Shown here: in pieces, positions 43,057 through 52,724 of the stretch | Layout: each line of letters starts with the position of its first letter | Numbering within the stretch: the stretch's first letter is position 1 | Assembly: GCA_964425135.1 (NCBI GenBank) | Contig: CAYRKW010000003.1 | Location: 618 to 64,617, forward strand | DNA: 64,000 nucleotides | Direction of reading: 5' to 3' | Source: an uncultured Rhodobacterales bacterium | GTDB lineage: Bacteria; Pseudomonadota; Alphaproteobacteria; Rhodobacterales; Rhodobacteraceae | Notes under the pieces: model-generated | Databases searched by the model: none | What the model saw: only the letters and a program-made list of their open reading frames with translations | What the model was told of the DNA's origin: nothing | Program-made: the position numbers and the translations under genes

Positions 43057-44619
43057 TTAATACCCTAATGCGCAGCCGTCTTTGCGCGGGTCTGATGCGC
43101 CGATCAGCACATCGCCGTCGATCATGATGGCCTGTGCGCCGCCTATAGCGGTGTCGGGGGTGCTGACCGCGTGGCCGCGATTGATCAGTTCTGCGCGTAC
43201 CTCAACTGCGTAGCCGCGCTCGACTTTCATATCGCCTGCGTCCCAGAAGCAGCGGGGGGCATCAATCGCGGTTTGGATGTCCATGCCGAAATCGGCGATG
43301 TTCGAGAGGAAGCGCGCGTGGCCGTTGGGTTGGTACTGGCCACCCATCACGCCAAATGGCATCACCATATCGCTCCGCTTCAACAGGCCGGGGATGATTG
43401 TGTGCATGGGGCGCTTGCCCCCCTTTGCCTCATTGGGATGGTCTTTGATGAGGTTGAAGCCTGCGCCGCGGTTCTGGAACAATATTCCGAATTTATCTGT
43501 CGCGATGCGTGATCCGAAGCTGTGAAAGATCGAGTAGATCAGCGAGACGGCCGTGCGGTCTTTGTCGACAACGGTGATATAGATCGTGTCCTTATGGACG
43601 TTGTCGGATGCCTTTGCAGCTGAGGGCATTGCCCGTTCGGGATCGATCAGCGATGCGAGCGATTTGGCGGTGTCCGTGCTCAACAAGTGATCCAGGCGCG
43701 GCGCGCCATCGGCGACGAACCTGTCGCGTGCATCATACGCGAGTTTTGCGGCCTCCGCTTCGATATGGGCGCGATCGGCGCCTGAGGGGTCCATGGAGGC
43801 AATGTCGAACTGCGACAGGATGTTTGCCATCATGATCGCCGTTGCGCCGTGACCGTTTGGCGGCAGTTCGATCAGGTCATATCCTTTGTAGCTGCCCTGG
43901 ATTGGGGTGATATACTCGGATCGGCACTGCGCAAAATCATCGAGCGTGTGGACCCCGCCGAGCGCTGCGAGCGCCGAATGCATATCTTCGGCGATCTCGC
44001 CTGTGTAAAATCCGTTGCGTCCTTCGGCTGCGATCTTGCGCAAGACATCCGCTTGGCTTGCGGCCCGGAAAATCTGGCCTGCGCGGGCGGGTTTTCCGTC
44101 CATCAGGTATAGCTTTGCTGCGGTGCCCGACATATCCGCGCAATGCGACAAGTCGTCCGCAACGCGCGGGGCAACGGGCACGCCCTCTTCGGCGTAATGG
44201 ATCGTCGGAGCCAGAACATGGTCGAGGCCGAGCTTGCCGTGATCTGCGCTGAGCGTGCAAAACGCGTCAATCGCGCCGGGAATGGTGACTGATGCCGGAT
44301 TGTCGTAAAGTGGCATCTGCGTGTGCCCGCTCGCGCGCAAGGCCTCCGCATCAAGGGCAGCAGGTGCGCGGCCCGAGCCGTTAAGACCAACCACAGCTTG
44401 GCCGGGCCTATCGATCAGCGCAAAGCAATCACCGCCGATCCCGGTCATTTGCGGCTCGCAAATCCCCAGCAGCACCGCACCTGCAATTGCTGCATCGACC
44501 GCGTTGCCGCCCGCGGCGAGAATATCGACTGCCGCTTTGGCGGCCAATGGATGCGAGGTCGCACACATGCCGTTCTTGGCATATACCAGCGAGCGTCCGG
44601 GGAGATGAAAATTGCGCAT
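43057..44619 (-). CDS. Gamma-glutamyltransferase family protein (no obvious signal peptide)
   Basis: About 520 aa from MRNFHLPGRS. GGT-family N-terminus ATSHPLAAKAAVDILAAGGNAVDAAIA. Confidence 0.85.
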   Translation of the reverse strand: MRNFHLPGRSLVYAKNGMCATSHPLAAKAAVDILAAGGNAVDAAIAGAVLLGICEPQMTGIGGDCFALIDRPGQAVVGLNGSGRAPAALDAEALRASGHTQMPLYDNPASVTIPGAIDAFCTLSADHGKLGLDHVLAPTIHYAEEGVPVAPRVADDLSHCADMSGTAAKLYLMDGKPARAGQIFRAASQADVLRKIAAEGRNGFYTGEIAEDMHSALAALGGVHTLDDFAQCRSEYITPIQGSYKGYDLIELPPNGHGATAIMMANILSQFDIASMDPSGADRAHIEAEAAKLAYDARDRFVADGAPRLDHLLSTDTAKSLASLIDPERAMPSAAKASDNVHKDTIYITVVDKDRTAVSLIYSIFHSFGSRIATDKFGILFQNRGAGFNLIKDHPNEAKGGKRPMHTIIPGLLKRSDMVMPFGVMGGQYQPNGHARFLSNIADFGMDIQTAIDAPRCFWDAGDMKVERGYAVEVRAELINRGHAVSTPDTAIGGAQAIMIDGDVLIGASDPRKDGCALGY

Positions 44620-44675
44620 ATTGCGCCCCTTTGGTTGTGTCAGGCGCACTCTAGCGTGGGGGGTGAAAAATTAAA

Positions 44676-44716
44676 CCCCCGCCGTGTTGGGGTGGGGGCT
44701 GAACACACGGCGGGGG
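44676..44716. other. 12-bp perfect inverted repeat CCCCCGCCGTGT-N17-ACACGGCGGGGG in a 351-nt non-coding gap
   Basis: Read directly. The loop contains GGGGTGGGGGCTGAA, which recurs at 44756-44770. Confidence 0.5.
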
Positions 44717-44970
44717 CTTGAAACTCTGGTGCAAAGACTGCTCGGTGCCGCGTTAGGGGTGGGGGCTGAAAACCGCGTCACCGAGCTAGCTCTTCGCTAC
44801 AAGGAGAGGTATCGGCCGACAACTGGGCGCGTCTTGGGCGCGATTGTGGCAATGTCGTGGTTTTTGACATGTGAAAATTTCGGCAGAACCGACGGTTTCG
44901 AGACCATTCCCGCTTGTGCCTGTTTGCGACGCGGCCTAGCGTTGGGCAGGGGATGAATGAAGGTATCGCT

Positions 44971-45759
44971 ATGGGTTTGACCATTTGCACGTGGAATATA
45001 AATTCTGTGCGCTTGCGCGAAGGTCTGGTCCTCGATCTGTTGCGCACTGAGGCACCCGATGTTTTATGTCTGCAGGAAGCCAAATCGCCGGTTGAGAAAA
45101 TTCCGACCGAGAATTTTGCTGCGCTGGGCTACACCTACATGATTGCGCGCGGGCAAAAGGGGTACAATGGCGTTGTGATCCTGTCGCGGCAACCGATGAC
45201 AGATGCCGGCCACCGCGACTTTTGCGCGATGGGCGATGCACGTCATGTGGCCGGGCAATTGGAGAACGGGGTGACGGTGCATAATTTCTACGTGCCTGCA
45301 GGAGGCGATGAGCCTGATGTCGAGGCCAATCCCAAGTTTGCGCATAAACTGAACTTCCTGAACGAGATGCGCGACTGGTTTGCGCAGAGTGTGCCTGAAA
45401 AATCTGTGCTTGTTGGGGATTTGAACATAGCGCCGCGCGAAGATGATGTCTGGTCGCATCAGAAACTTTTGAAAGTGGTTTCGCACACGCCTATTGAAGT
45501 TGAGCATCTGGAGGCGGTGCGTGCGGCGGGTAACTGGGTTGATATCACCCGCAAGGATATCCCGGACGGTCAGCTTTATTCATGGTGGTCCTACCGCGCG
45601 CGAGACTGGGATGCGGCGGACAAAGGCCGCCGTCTTGACCACATCTGGGCCACGCCGGATCTTGTTTCGAACGATCACAAGTCACGGGTGTTTCGCGAGG
45701 CACGCGGGTGGGTTAAGCCCTCAGACCACGCGCCGGTGTTTGCGACATTTGATGTATGA
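44971..45759 (+). CDS. xthA: Exodeoxyribonuclease III
   Basis: Start at MGLTICTWNINS. Motifs LCLQE, GDLNIAP and SDHAPV. Confidence 0.85.
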   Translation: MGLTICTWNINSVRLREGLVLDLLRTEAPDVLCLQEAKSPVEKIPTENFAALGYTYMIARGQKGYNGVVILSRQPMTDAGHRDFCAMGDARHVAGQLENGVTVHNFYVPAGGDEPDVEANPKFAHKLNFLNEMRDWFAQSVPEKSVLVGDLNIAPREDDVWSHQKLLKVVSHTPIEVEHLEAVRAAGNWVDITRKDIPDGQLYSWWSYRARDWDAADKGRRLDHIWATPDLVSNDHKSRVFREARGWVKPSDHAPVFATFDV

Positions 45760-45766
45760 GACGCGC

Positions 45767-46360
45767 TTAGCGGCGTAGGGCGGCATCCGCGCGGCGAATG
45801 TCGAAAAGCTCATCCGAGACACTGCCAAGCACTTGTAGATCGTTCAAAATGACCGTCGTCTTGCGCCCAAGCTGGTCCTTCACCACCCATTGACGCAACT
45901 CAATCGGATTTGCTGTGAATACCATCGTGATGTTGCCGTTGCGCGGGTTTTGCGGATCGACAGCAACAATTTCGGTTTTCACACCATCCGACTTCACCGA
46001 TTTAACGGCACCAGTTGCGGAAAGATTAACGTTTCCGGCGAGAAGGATATCAAGCGGCGTCTTTTTCAGATCGTAAAGCTGCGCGCCGCGGTTTGATTTC
46101 TTATCAAAAATGCTCAGGAATGTGCCGTCTGCAATCACCAGTGAATCCGACGGAACCGTATATTCATATCTGATCCGGCCCGGCTTTTTGATATAAAGCA
46201 CACCTTGCGCGAGGGTCTTGTCAGGATTGGCCTGTACAAACTTGGCTTTGGCATTGCGCATCCCGTTCAAATAGGATGACACCGCCTCAAGCGAGAGCTT
46301 TTGCGCGTTGGCGTGGCTGGCTGTGAAGACCAGCGCGAGGATCAGGAGTACACGTGTCAT
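45767..46360 (-). CDS. lolA: Outer-membrane lipoprotein carrier protein LolA family
   Basis: Start at MTRVLLILALVFTASHANA (signal peptide). About 197 aa, LolA-like (KAKFVQ...LYIKKPGRIRYEY). Confidence 0.7.
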   Translation of the reverse strand: MTRVLLILALVFTASHANAQKLSLEAVSSYLNGMRNAKAKFVQANPDKTLAQGVLYIKKPGRIRYEYTVPSDSLVIADGTFLSIFDKKSNRGAQLYDLKKTPLDILLAGNVNLSATGAVKSVKSDGVKTEIVAVDPQNPRNGNITMVFTANPIELRQWVVKDQLGRKTTVILNDLQVLGSVSDELFDIRRADAALRR

Positions 46361-46498
46361 AGAGATGTAGCTAGTGCCAAAGTTTAACTCCTGCAACAGC
46401 GCTCAAGGAGGTGTGAGCGTATCATGTGCAAATTTCAGCTTAATTTTGTGTTCATTCACCCGTATGATCCTTAAAAAACGATAATTCGAGCAGATACT

Positions 46499-47161
46499 GT
46501 GAAAGAAACGCAGCTTTATGCGCCGGTCAAACGTTATCTCGAAGCGCGAGGCTACTGCGTGAAGGGGGAGATCGGCGCGTGTGATGTCATGGCCGTGAAG
46601 GGCGATGATGATCCGGTGATTATTGAGTTGAAGACCGGATTTTCGCTTTCACTGTTTCAACAGGGCATTGATCGGCAAAAGGTCACAGACGCCGTGTATC
46701 TGGCGGTGCCCAGAGGAACCACGCGGGCCTGGCGCAGTTCGTTGCGCGACAATCGTGCGCTCTGCCGCCGGTTGGGGCTCGGGTTGATCCTCATTCGCCT
46801 CAAAGACGGGCGCGTTGATGTGGTGTGTGACCCGGCGCCCTATCGTCCCCGCAAGATGAAGGCGCGAAAGCAGCGGTTGCTTGCGGAGTTCGAGCGGATC
46901 GAAGGCGATCCGAACACGGGCGGTTCGATCAAAGGCAAACGCATGACAGGCTACCGCCAAGATGCGTTGCGCGTTGCGATAGACGTGAATTGCGAGGGTC
47001 CATCAAAGGGCGCGATGGTCGCAAAACGGACCGGCGTTGAGATCGCGACGCGGATCATGTACGCAAATCACTACGGCTGGTTTGAGCGCAACGCAGATGG
47101 GTTTTATGGTCTGACCGAGCGCGGCCAAAAAGATGTCGACGCGCATCTGCGGTCGCAATAA
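46499..47161 (+). CDS. Conserved hypothetical protein with an N-terminal PD-(D/E)xK-like nuclease motif (DUF2161-like)
   Basis: 220 aa. The pattern D29...E43-L-K45 (ACDVMAV...VIIELK) resembles a restriction-endonuclease-fold core. The family name is from memory and is not verified. Confidence 0.5.
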   Translation: MKETQLYAPVKRYLEARGYCVKGEIGACDVMAVKGDDDPVIIELKTGFSLSLFQQGIDRQKVTDAVYLAVPRGTTRAWRSSLRDNRALCRRLGLGLILIRLKDGRVDVVCDPAPYRPRKMKARKQRLLAEFERIEGDPNTGGSIKGKRMTGYRQDALRVAIDVNCEGPSKGAMVAKRTGVEIATRIMYANHYGWFERNADGFYGLTERGQKDVDAHLRSQ

Positions 47162-47327
47162 CAGCTATTTTGTATCGGCCTGTCTCACATTGGGACGCAC
47201 TATCTAAGATTTTGTCTCAATTTTAACAAAATAAATTGCGATCTAAGGGGTGTGAGTGTTCCCCTCAGCGTCGCATTTTCCAAAACGCGCAAGGGGATGT
47301 GTAAAGAGTAGTCGTGAGGATTGTGAA

Positions 47328-47792
47328 ATGCGGTCAGCGTTTCTGGGGATACTATTATCAGCCTTTACCCTGGTTCTGAGCAGTAAAGCCGTTGTCGCGC
47401 TAACGCCGACGGAGCGGGTTGCCCAAGTTCTCGTCAATCAAGGCTTTGAAATTGAATCGGTCAAACGAACATGGACCGGTCGGATCAAGCTGACCGTGAC
47501 CAGAGCTGACTTTGAGCGGGTGATCACGATCAATGCGACCAGCGGCAAGGTGCTGGGCGATCACTGGGTCGAACTTTCGGACGAGGCGGGTGATGCGTCC
47601 AAGCGTGATCGTGATGCTGATGCGCAAGTCGAAGACGCATCTGCCAAATCGAGTGCCGCACCGGCGGAGAACGCCAAATCCGGTAAGTCCAAAAAGGACA
47701 ATTCCAAAGCGAAGAAAGATAAGGCCAAAAAAAACGACAAGGCCAAGCGCGAAAAGAAGGCCAAGCGCGACAAGAAGAGCAAGGACGAGTAA
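47328..47792 (+). CDS. Exported PepSY-like protein with a Lys/Asp-rich C-terminal tail
   Basis: Start at MRSAFLGILLSAFTLVLSSKAVVA (signal peptide). It has a small beta-rich domain and then a low-complexity tail KSKKDNSKAKKDKAKKNDKAKREKKAKRDKKSKDE. Confidence 0.55.
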   Translation: MRSAFLGILLSAFTLVLSSKAVVALTPTERVAQVLVNQGFEIESVKRTWTGRIKLTVTRADFERVITINATSGKVLGDHWVELSDEAGDASKRDRDADAQVEDASAKSSAAPAENAKSGKSKKDNSKAKKDKAKKNDKAKREKKAKRDKKSKDE

Positions 47793-47804
47793 TCACCTAG
47801 TCCC

Positions 47805-47853
47805 AAAAAAGTGCCCCGTTTCGAGTATGTGGGGGCATAACTCGAAACGGGGC
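47805..47853 (-). terminator. Rho-independent terminator for ccrM (hairpin in the convergent gap)
   Basis: 14-bp perfect stem GCCCCGTTTCGAGT/ACTCGAAACGGGGC, followed on the minus strand by CACTTTTTTGGG. Confidence 0.7.
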
Positions 47854-47892
47854 CTAAGGTGACGCACACGCAACAGCGCGGCGTCACGGCGG

Positions 47893-49084
<1,192 letters not shown>

Positions 49085-49086
<2 letters not shown>

Positions 49087-49708
49087 AGATGTTTACAAAG
49101 TTTCGTTGATACAAGATATTGTGGATCGGCTTGAAAGAGCGCCTATGATGTGGGGTGACACCGTTGCGCAAAAGACTCATATGGTGCTGTTTGGTCCCAT
49201 ATCCTTTGTTCGTGTGCCAGCCGTAGTCGGGGTAGGATTGTGCCAGATCGCACATGTACCGGTCGCGTGTGACTTTCGCGATAATGGAGGCGGCGGCGAT
49301 CGAAAGCGAGCGCCCATCACCCTTCACCACCGTTTGCGCCACGCATGTCAGATCCTTCGGCGCGCGATTGCCGTCGATGAGCGCCAGATCAGGTGGGCAG
49401 GGCAACGCCTCTATCGCGCGGGTCATGGCGCGGAAGGTGGCGGTCAGGATGTTCACATCATCAATTTCATCCACCTCGGATGAGCCAACACCTACGCGGC
49501 AGCTTTGCACGATCTGATCATAGAGCGCTTCGCGTTTTTTCTCCGACAGCTTCTTGCTGTCATTCAAGCCATCCGGACAGTTGGAGGGATCGATGATGAC
49601 CGCGGCTGCAAAGACCGGCCCGGCCCAGGGCCCGCGCCCTGCTTCATCCACACCTGCGATCAGCTTATGGGGCAGACCTTCCTCGATCTCGAAACTTGGC
49701 TGGCTCAT
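49085..49708 (-). CDS. rnhB: Ribonuclease HII
   Basis: 207 aa with GVDEAGRGPWAGPV catalytic motif. Confidence 0.9.
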
Positions 49709-50355
49709 GCGTTGCGTACCTCATACATGAAATCATCCAGCAGTTGCGCATCCAGAACGCCCTGTGGTCGAAGCCCCGAACAGATGTCTACGCCAAAGGG
49801 TCGTACCTGCCCGATTGCCTCAGCCACATTCGCCGGAGACAATCCGCCAGCAAGCCACACCGGCTTGTTCACCCGCTCGACGATCTTTCGCGATAGCTCC
49901 CAATTGTGGGTGCGCCCCGTGCCGCCAAGTTCTTTGACCGCCCCGTCCGGCGCGCCGCTATCGAGCAGAAGGTTATCGGCCCAGAGCGCGGCATTAAACG
50001 CAGCGTCCACATCCGCAATCCCGCGCACATGGATCACCTGGATGATCGTAAGATTCGCAAATCGCGCCCGCAGCGCCGCCGCCGTTCCCTCTTCGACGGT
50101 GTCCACAAGTTGCACAGCGCGGGTATGCGCCCGCGCGACATGCCGCACGATCTCGTAGGCACGGGTCTGGGACGTTAGCAAGACCGACATTTCTTCACGA
50201 TTGGCATCCGCGATATCCGCAATCACGGTATCATCAATCGGTCCCGGCCCGGACGGCATCTCGCCCACAAGCCCCAACGCATGTGCCCCCGCATCAAGCG
50301 CCATCCGCGCCTCAGCGCGCGATTGAATGCAACAAATTTTTACCCGCGTTGTCAT
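49705..50355 (-). CDS. Phosphoribosylanthranilate isomerase (TrpF) family protein
   Basis: 216 aa with VKICCI, GGTGRTHNW and LAGGLSPANV motifs. There is an ATGA overlap with rnhB. Confidence 0.7.
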   Translation of the reverse strand: MTTRVKICCIQSRAEARMALDAGAHALGLVGEMPSGPGPIDDTVIADIADANREEMSVLLTSQTRAYEIVRHVARAHTRAVQLVDTVEEGTAAALRARFANLTIIQVIHVRGIADVDAAFNAALWADNLLLDSGAPDGAVKELGGTGRTHNWELSRKIVERVNKPVWLAGGLSPANVAEAIGQVRPFGVDICSGLRPQGVLDAQLLDDFMYEVRNA

Positions 50356-50369
50356 ACGGCCTGTCGATC

Positions 50370-50446
50370 TGGCGACCCCGAGAGGATTCGAACCTCTGAC
50401 CTGCCGCTTAGGAGGCGGCTGCTCTATCCTGCTGAGCTACGGGGCC
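50370..50446 (-). tRNA. tRNA-Arg (CCT)
   Basis: The reverse complement GGCCCCGTAGCTCAGCAGGATAGAGCAGCCGCCTCCTAAGCGGCAGGTCAGAGGTTCGAATCCTCTCGGGGTCGCCA forms a full cloverleaf with anticodon loop CTCCTAA. Confidence 0.95.
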
Positions 50447-50622
50447 GGTTGTTAACGTGTCATCAACATACTACCCGCCTCGCCCAGGAGGTAGCGCAAA
50501 TGTTGGACTGACGCCGATTTGTGACTGGGCTTATCAAAATTTCACGGCTTGGGTTTATTAATCACCCGCACAAGCGTAAGCCGCGACGCAATCACACGTT
50601 TTTCAGGCAGGAGCCCCGACAG

Positions 50623-52506
50623 ATGGAGCCTATTGCGCTTTCAACCGAAATGATGGTGGTGCTTGGGCTGCTTGGGTTCACAGTGTTTCTGTTTGTCTCC
50701 GAAATCGTCCGCGTCGATCTGGCTGCGATCCTTGTCATGGTCCTTTTGGGTGCGCTTAGCTACGTCCCCGGATTGGGCGGTTTGGCGGATGTGAACCATA
50801 TCTTCGACGGATTTGCCTCAAACGCGGTGATCTCCATTATCGCGGTGATGATCATCGGCGCTGGTTTGGACAAGACCGGTCTGATGAGCAAAGTGGCCGC
50901 CTGGATTTTGCGCGTCGGCGGATCGACCGAGCAACGCATTGTGCCGATCATCTCGGGCACGGTCGGGTTTATCTCGTCGTTCATGCAAAACGTCGGCGCT
51001 GCTGCTTTATTTCTGCCGGTTGTCGCCCGCATCTCGGCGCGCACCGAAATTCCTCTGGGACGGTTGCTCATGCCTATGGGGTTTTGCGCGATTTTGGGGG
51101 GCACCATGACGATGGTTGGCTCCTCACCGCTCATTTTGCTCAATGATCTCATCGCCACATCCAACGCCGATTTGCCGGCAGACCAGCAAATGCAGCCCTT
51201 CAGCCTCTTTGATGTAACGCCAGTTGGTGTTGCGCTGGTGCTGACCGGCATCTTGTATTTCGTACTCTTTGGCCGCTGGGTTCTGCCGTCATCGCGCGCA
51301 GGCGCAGATGCAGCCTCTGGTCAGTCGATCAGCGAATATCTTGAGCGTATCTATGGGCTCAACTCGGATGTGTTTGAAGTGTTGGTTCCCGAGGGCAATC
51401 TATTGGTCGGCAAAGAGTTGACCGACATTATGGATGTGCATCATCTCTATATTATCGGCACGTATTACAACGGTATGCGCGTTGTCGCGCCGCAGGTGGA
51501 AACCGAGATCCTCGCACCCTGCCGCCTGGCCGTTCTGGGCCAGCGCAAGGTCGTTCAGGAAATGGTCGATATTTATGGGCTGGAGTTACGCCCGTCGCTC
51601 GAAATTTTCGCCGAGGAGTTTGCGCCGACCAAAGCGGGTGTGGCGGAGATCGTGATCCCGCCCGACAGTGCCATGATCGGGAAAGCAGCGCAGGATCTTC
51701 AGTTTCGTCAATCGCTCGGTCTGAACCTTTTGGCGATCCATCGCGGGGAGGAGACCTTCAGTCTTGTCGAAAGCGAAGATCACGAGCCCACCCGCATCGG
51801 TGCCATCCCCTTTTCCGCAGGCGATACGCTCGTTGTGCAAACCCAGTGGGAGGCGCTTACCAAGCTAAAGCGCGACCGCGACGTTGTGATCGTCACGCAG
51901 GACTTTCCGCAAGAGGATCTGCGCCCTAAGAAAGTTGGCTGGGCGCTGCTGTTCTTTGCCATTGCGCTTTTCATGATCCTGTTCACCGATGTGCGCCTGT
52001 CCCTGTGCCTTCTGACCGGCGCGGTGGGCATGATCATCACGCAGGTTCTCAATATCGACGAGGCGTATGAGGCGGTGGGGTGGAACACCGTCTTCCTGCT
52101 TGCTTCGCTCATCCCGCTGGGGCAAGCGGTTCAGTCTACCGGCACAGCCGAATGGATCGCGCAGCAAATCCTGTCGATCCTCGACGGCTGGCCAATTTGG
52201 GCTTTGCAGGCAGGTGTGGCAATCCTTGCAACTATATTCACGCTGGTGATGTCCAATGTCGGTGCAACAGTCCTTCTGGTCCCGCTTGCAGTCTCCATTG
52301 CGCTTGCCGCAGGTGGCGATCCGGCGATATTCGCGTTGACGGTTGCGATCTCCACGTCCAACAGCTTTCTGATCCCGACCCATCAGGTTAACGCCCTGAT
52401 TATGGGACCGGCGGGCTATCGCGTGATCGACTTTGTGCGCACGGGCGGGGTGATGACGCTCTTGTTCCTCGTGGTGTCTCTGAGTGTGCTTAATCTCATT
52501 TTCTAG
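50623..52506 (+). CDS. SLC13/DASS-family anion transporter with central TrkA-C (RCK_C) domains
   Basis: Start placed at MEPIALSTEMMVVLG. Two polytopic halves flank a soluble region of about 170 aa. Confidence 0.8.
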   Translation: MEPIALSTEMMVVLGLLGFTVFLFVSEIVRVDLAAILVMVLLGALSYVPGLGGLADVNHIFDGFASNAVISIIAVMIIGAGLDKTGLMSKVAAWILRVGGSTEQRIVPIISGTVGFISSFMQNVGAAALFLPVVARISARTEIPLGRLLMPMGFCAILGGTMTMVGSSPLILLNDLIATSNADLPADQQMQPFSLFDVTPVGVALVLTGILYFVLFGRWVLPSSRAGADAASGQSISEYLERIYGLNSDVFEVLVPEGNLLVGKELTDIMDVHHLYIIGTYYNGMRVVAPQVETEILAPCRLAVLGQRKVVQEMVDIYGLELRPSLEIFAEEFAPTKAGVAEIVIPPDSAMIGKAAQDLQFRQSLGLNLLAIHRGEETFSLVESEDHEPTRIGAIPFSAGDTLVVQTQWEALTKLKRDRDVVIVTQDFPQEDLRPKKVGWALLFFAIALFMILFTDVRLSLCLLTGAVGMIITQVLNIDEAYEAVGWNTVFLLASLIPLGQAVQSTGTAEWIAQQILSILDGWPIWALQAGVAILATIFTLVMSNVGATVLLVPLAVSIALAAGGDPAIFALTVAISTSNSFLIPTHQVNALIMGPAGYRVIDFVRTGGVMTLLFLVVSLSVLNLIF

Positions 52507-52724
52507 AGCGACTTGTTTGCTTCGAGCTAGCCGAGAGCTTCAAGAAACAAGGACGGCCCTCGACCTCAGAGTAAGAGCTGTCCGGCGGTGCCAGACACGT
52601 GAGCGTTGATTGGGTGTGCTTGGTGTCATATTGCGGTTTGTCGCAAAGTATCCAATCGCTGATCGGGAATGGACCACCACCGAAGGCTGCTCACCTCGTG
52701 CTTGCGACGATCCCGCCGTTGCCC

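Noticed and set aside
44684-44956. 90-aa plus-strand ORF in the GGT/xthA gap
   Set aside because: It has no RBS, runs through the inverted and direct repeats, and has a Gly/Arg/Leu-rich low-complexity product.
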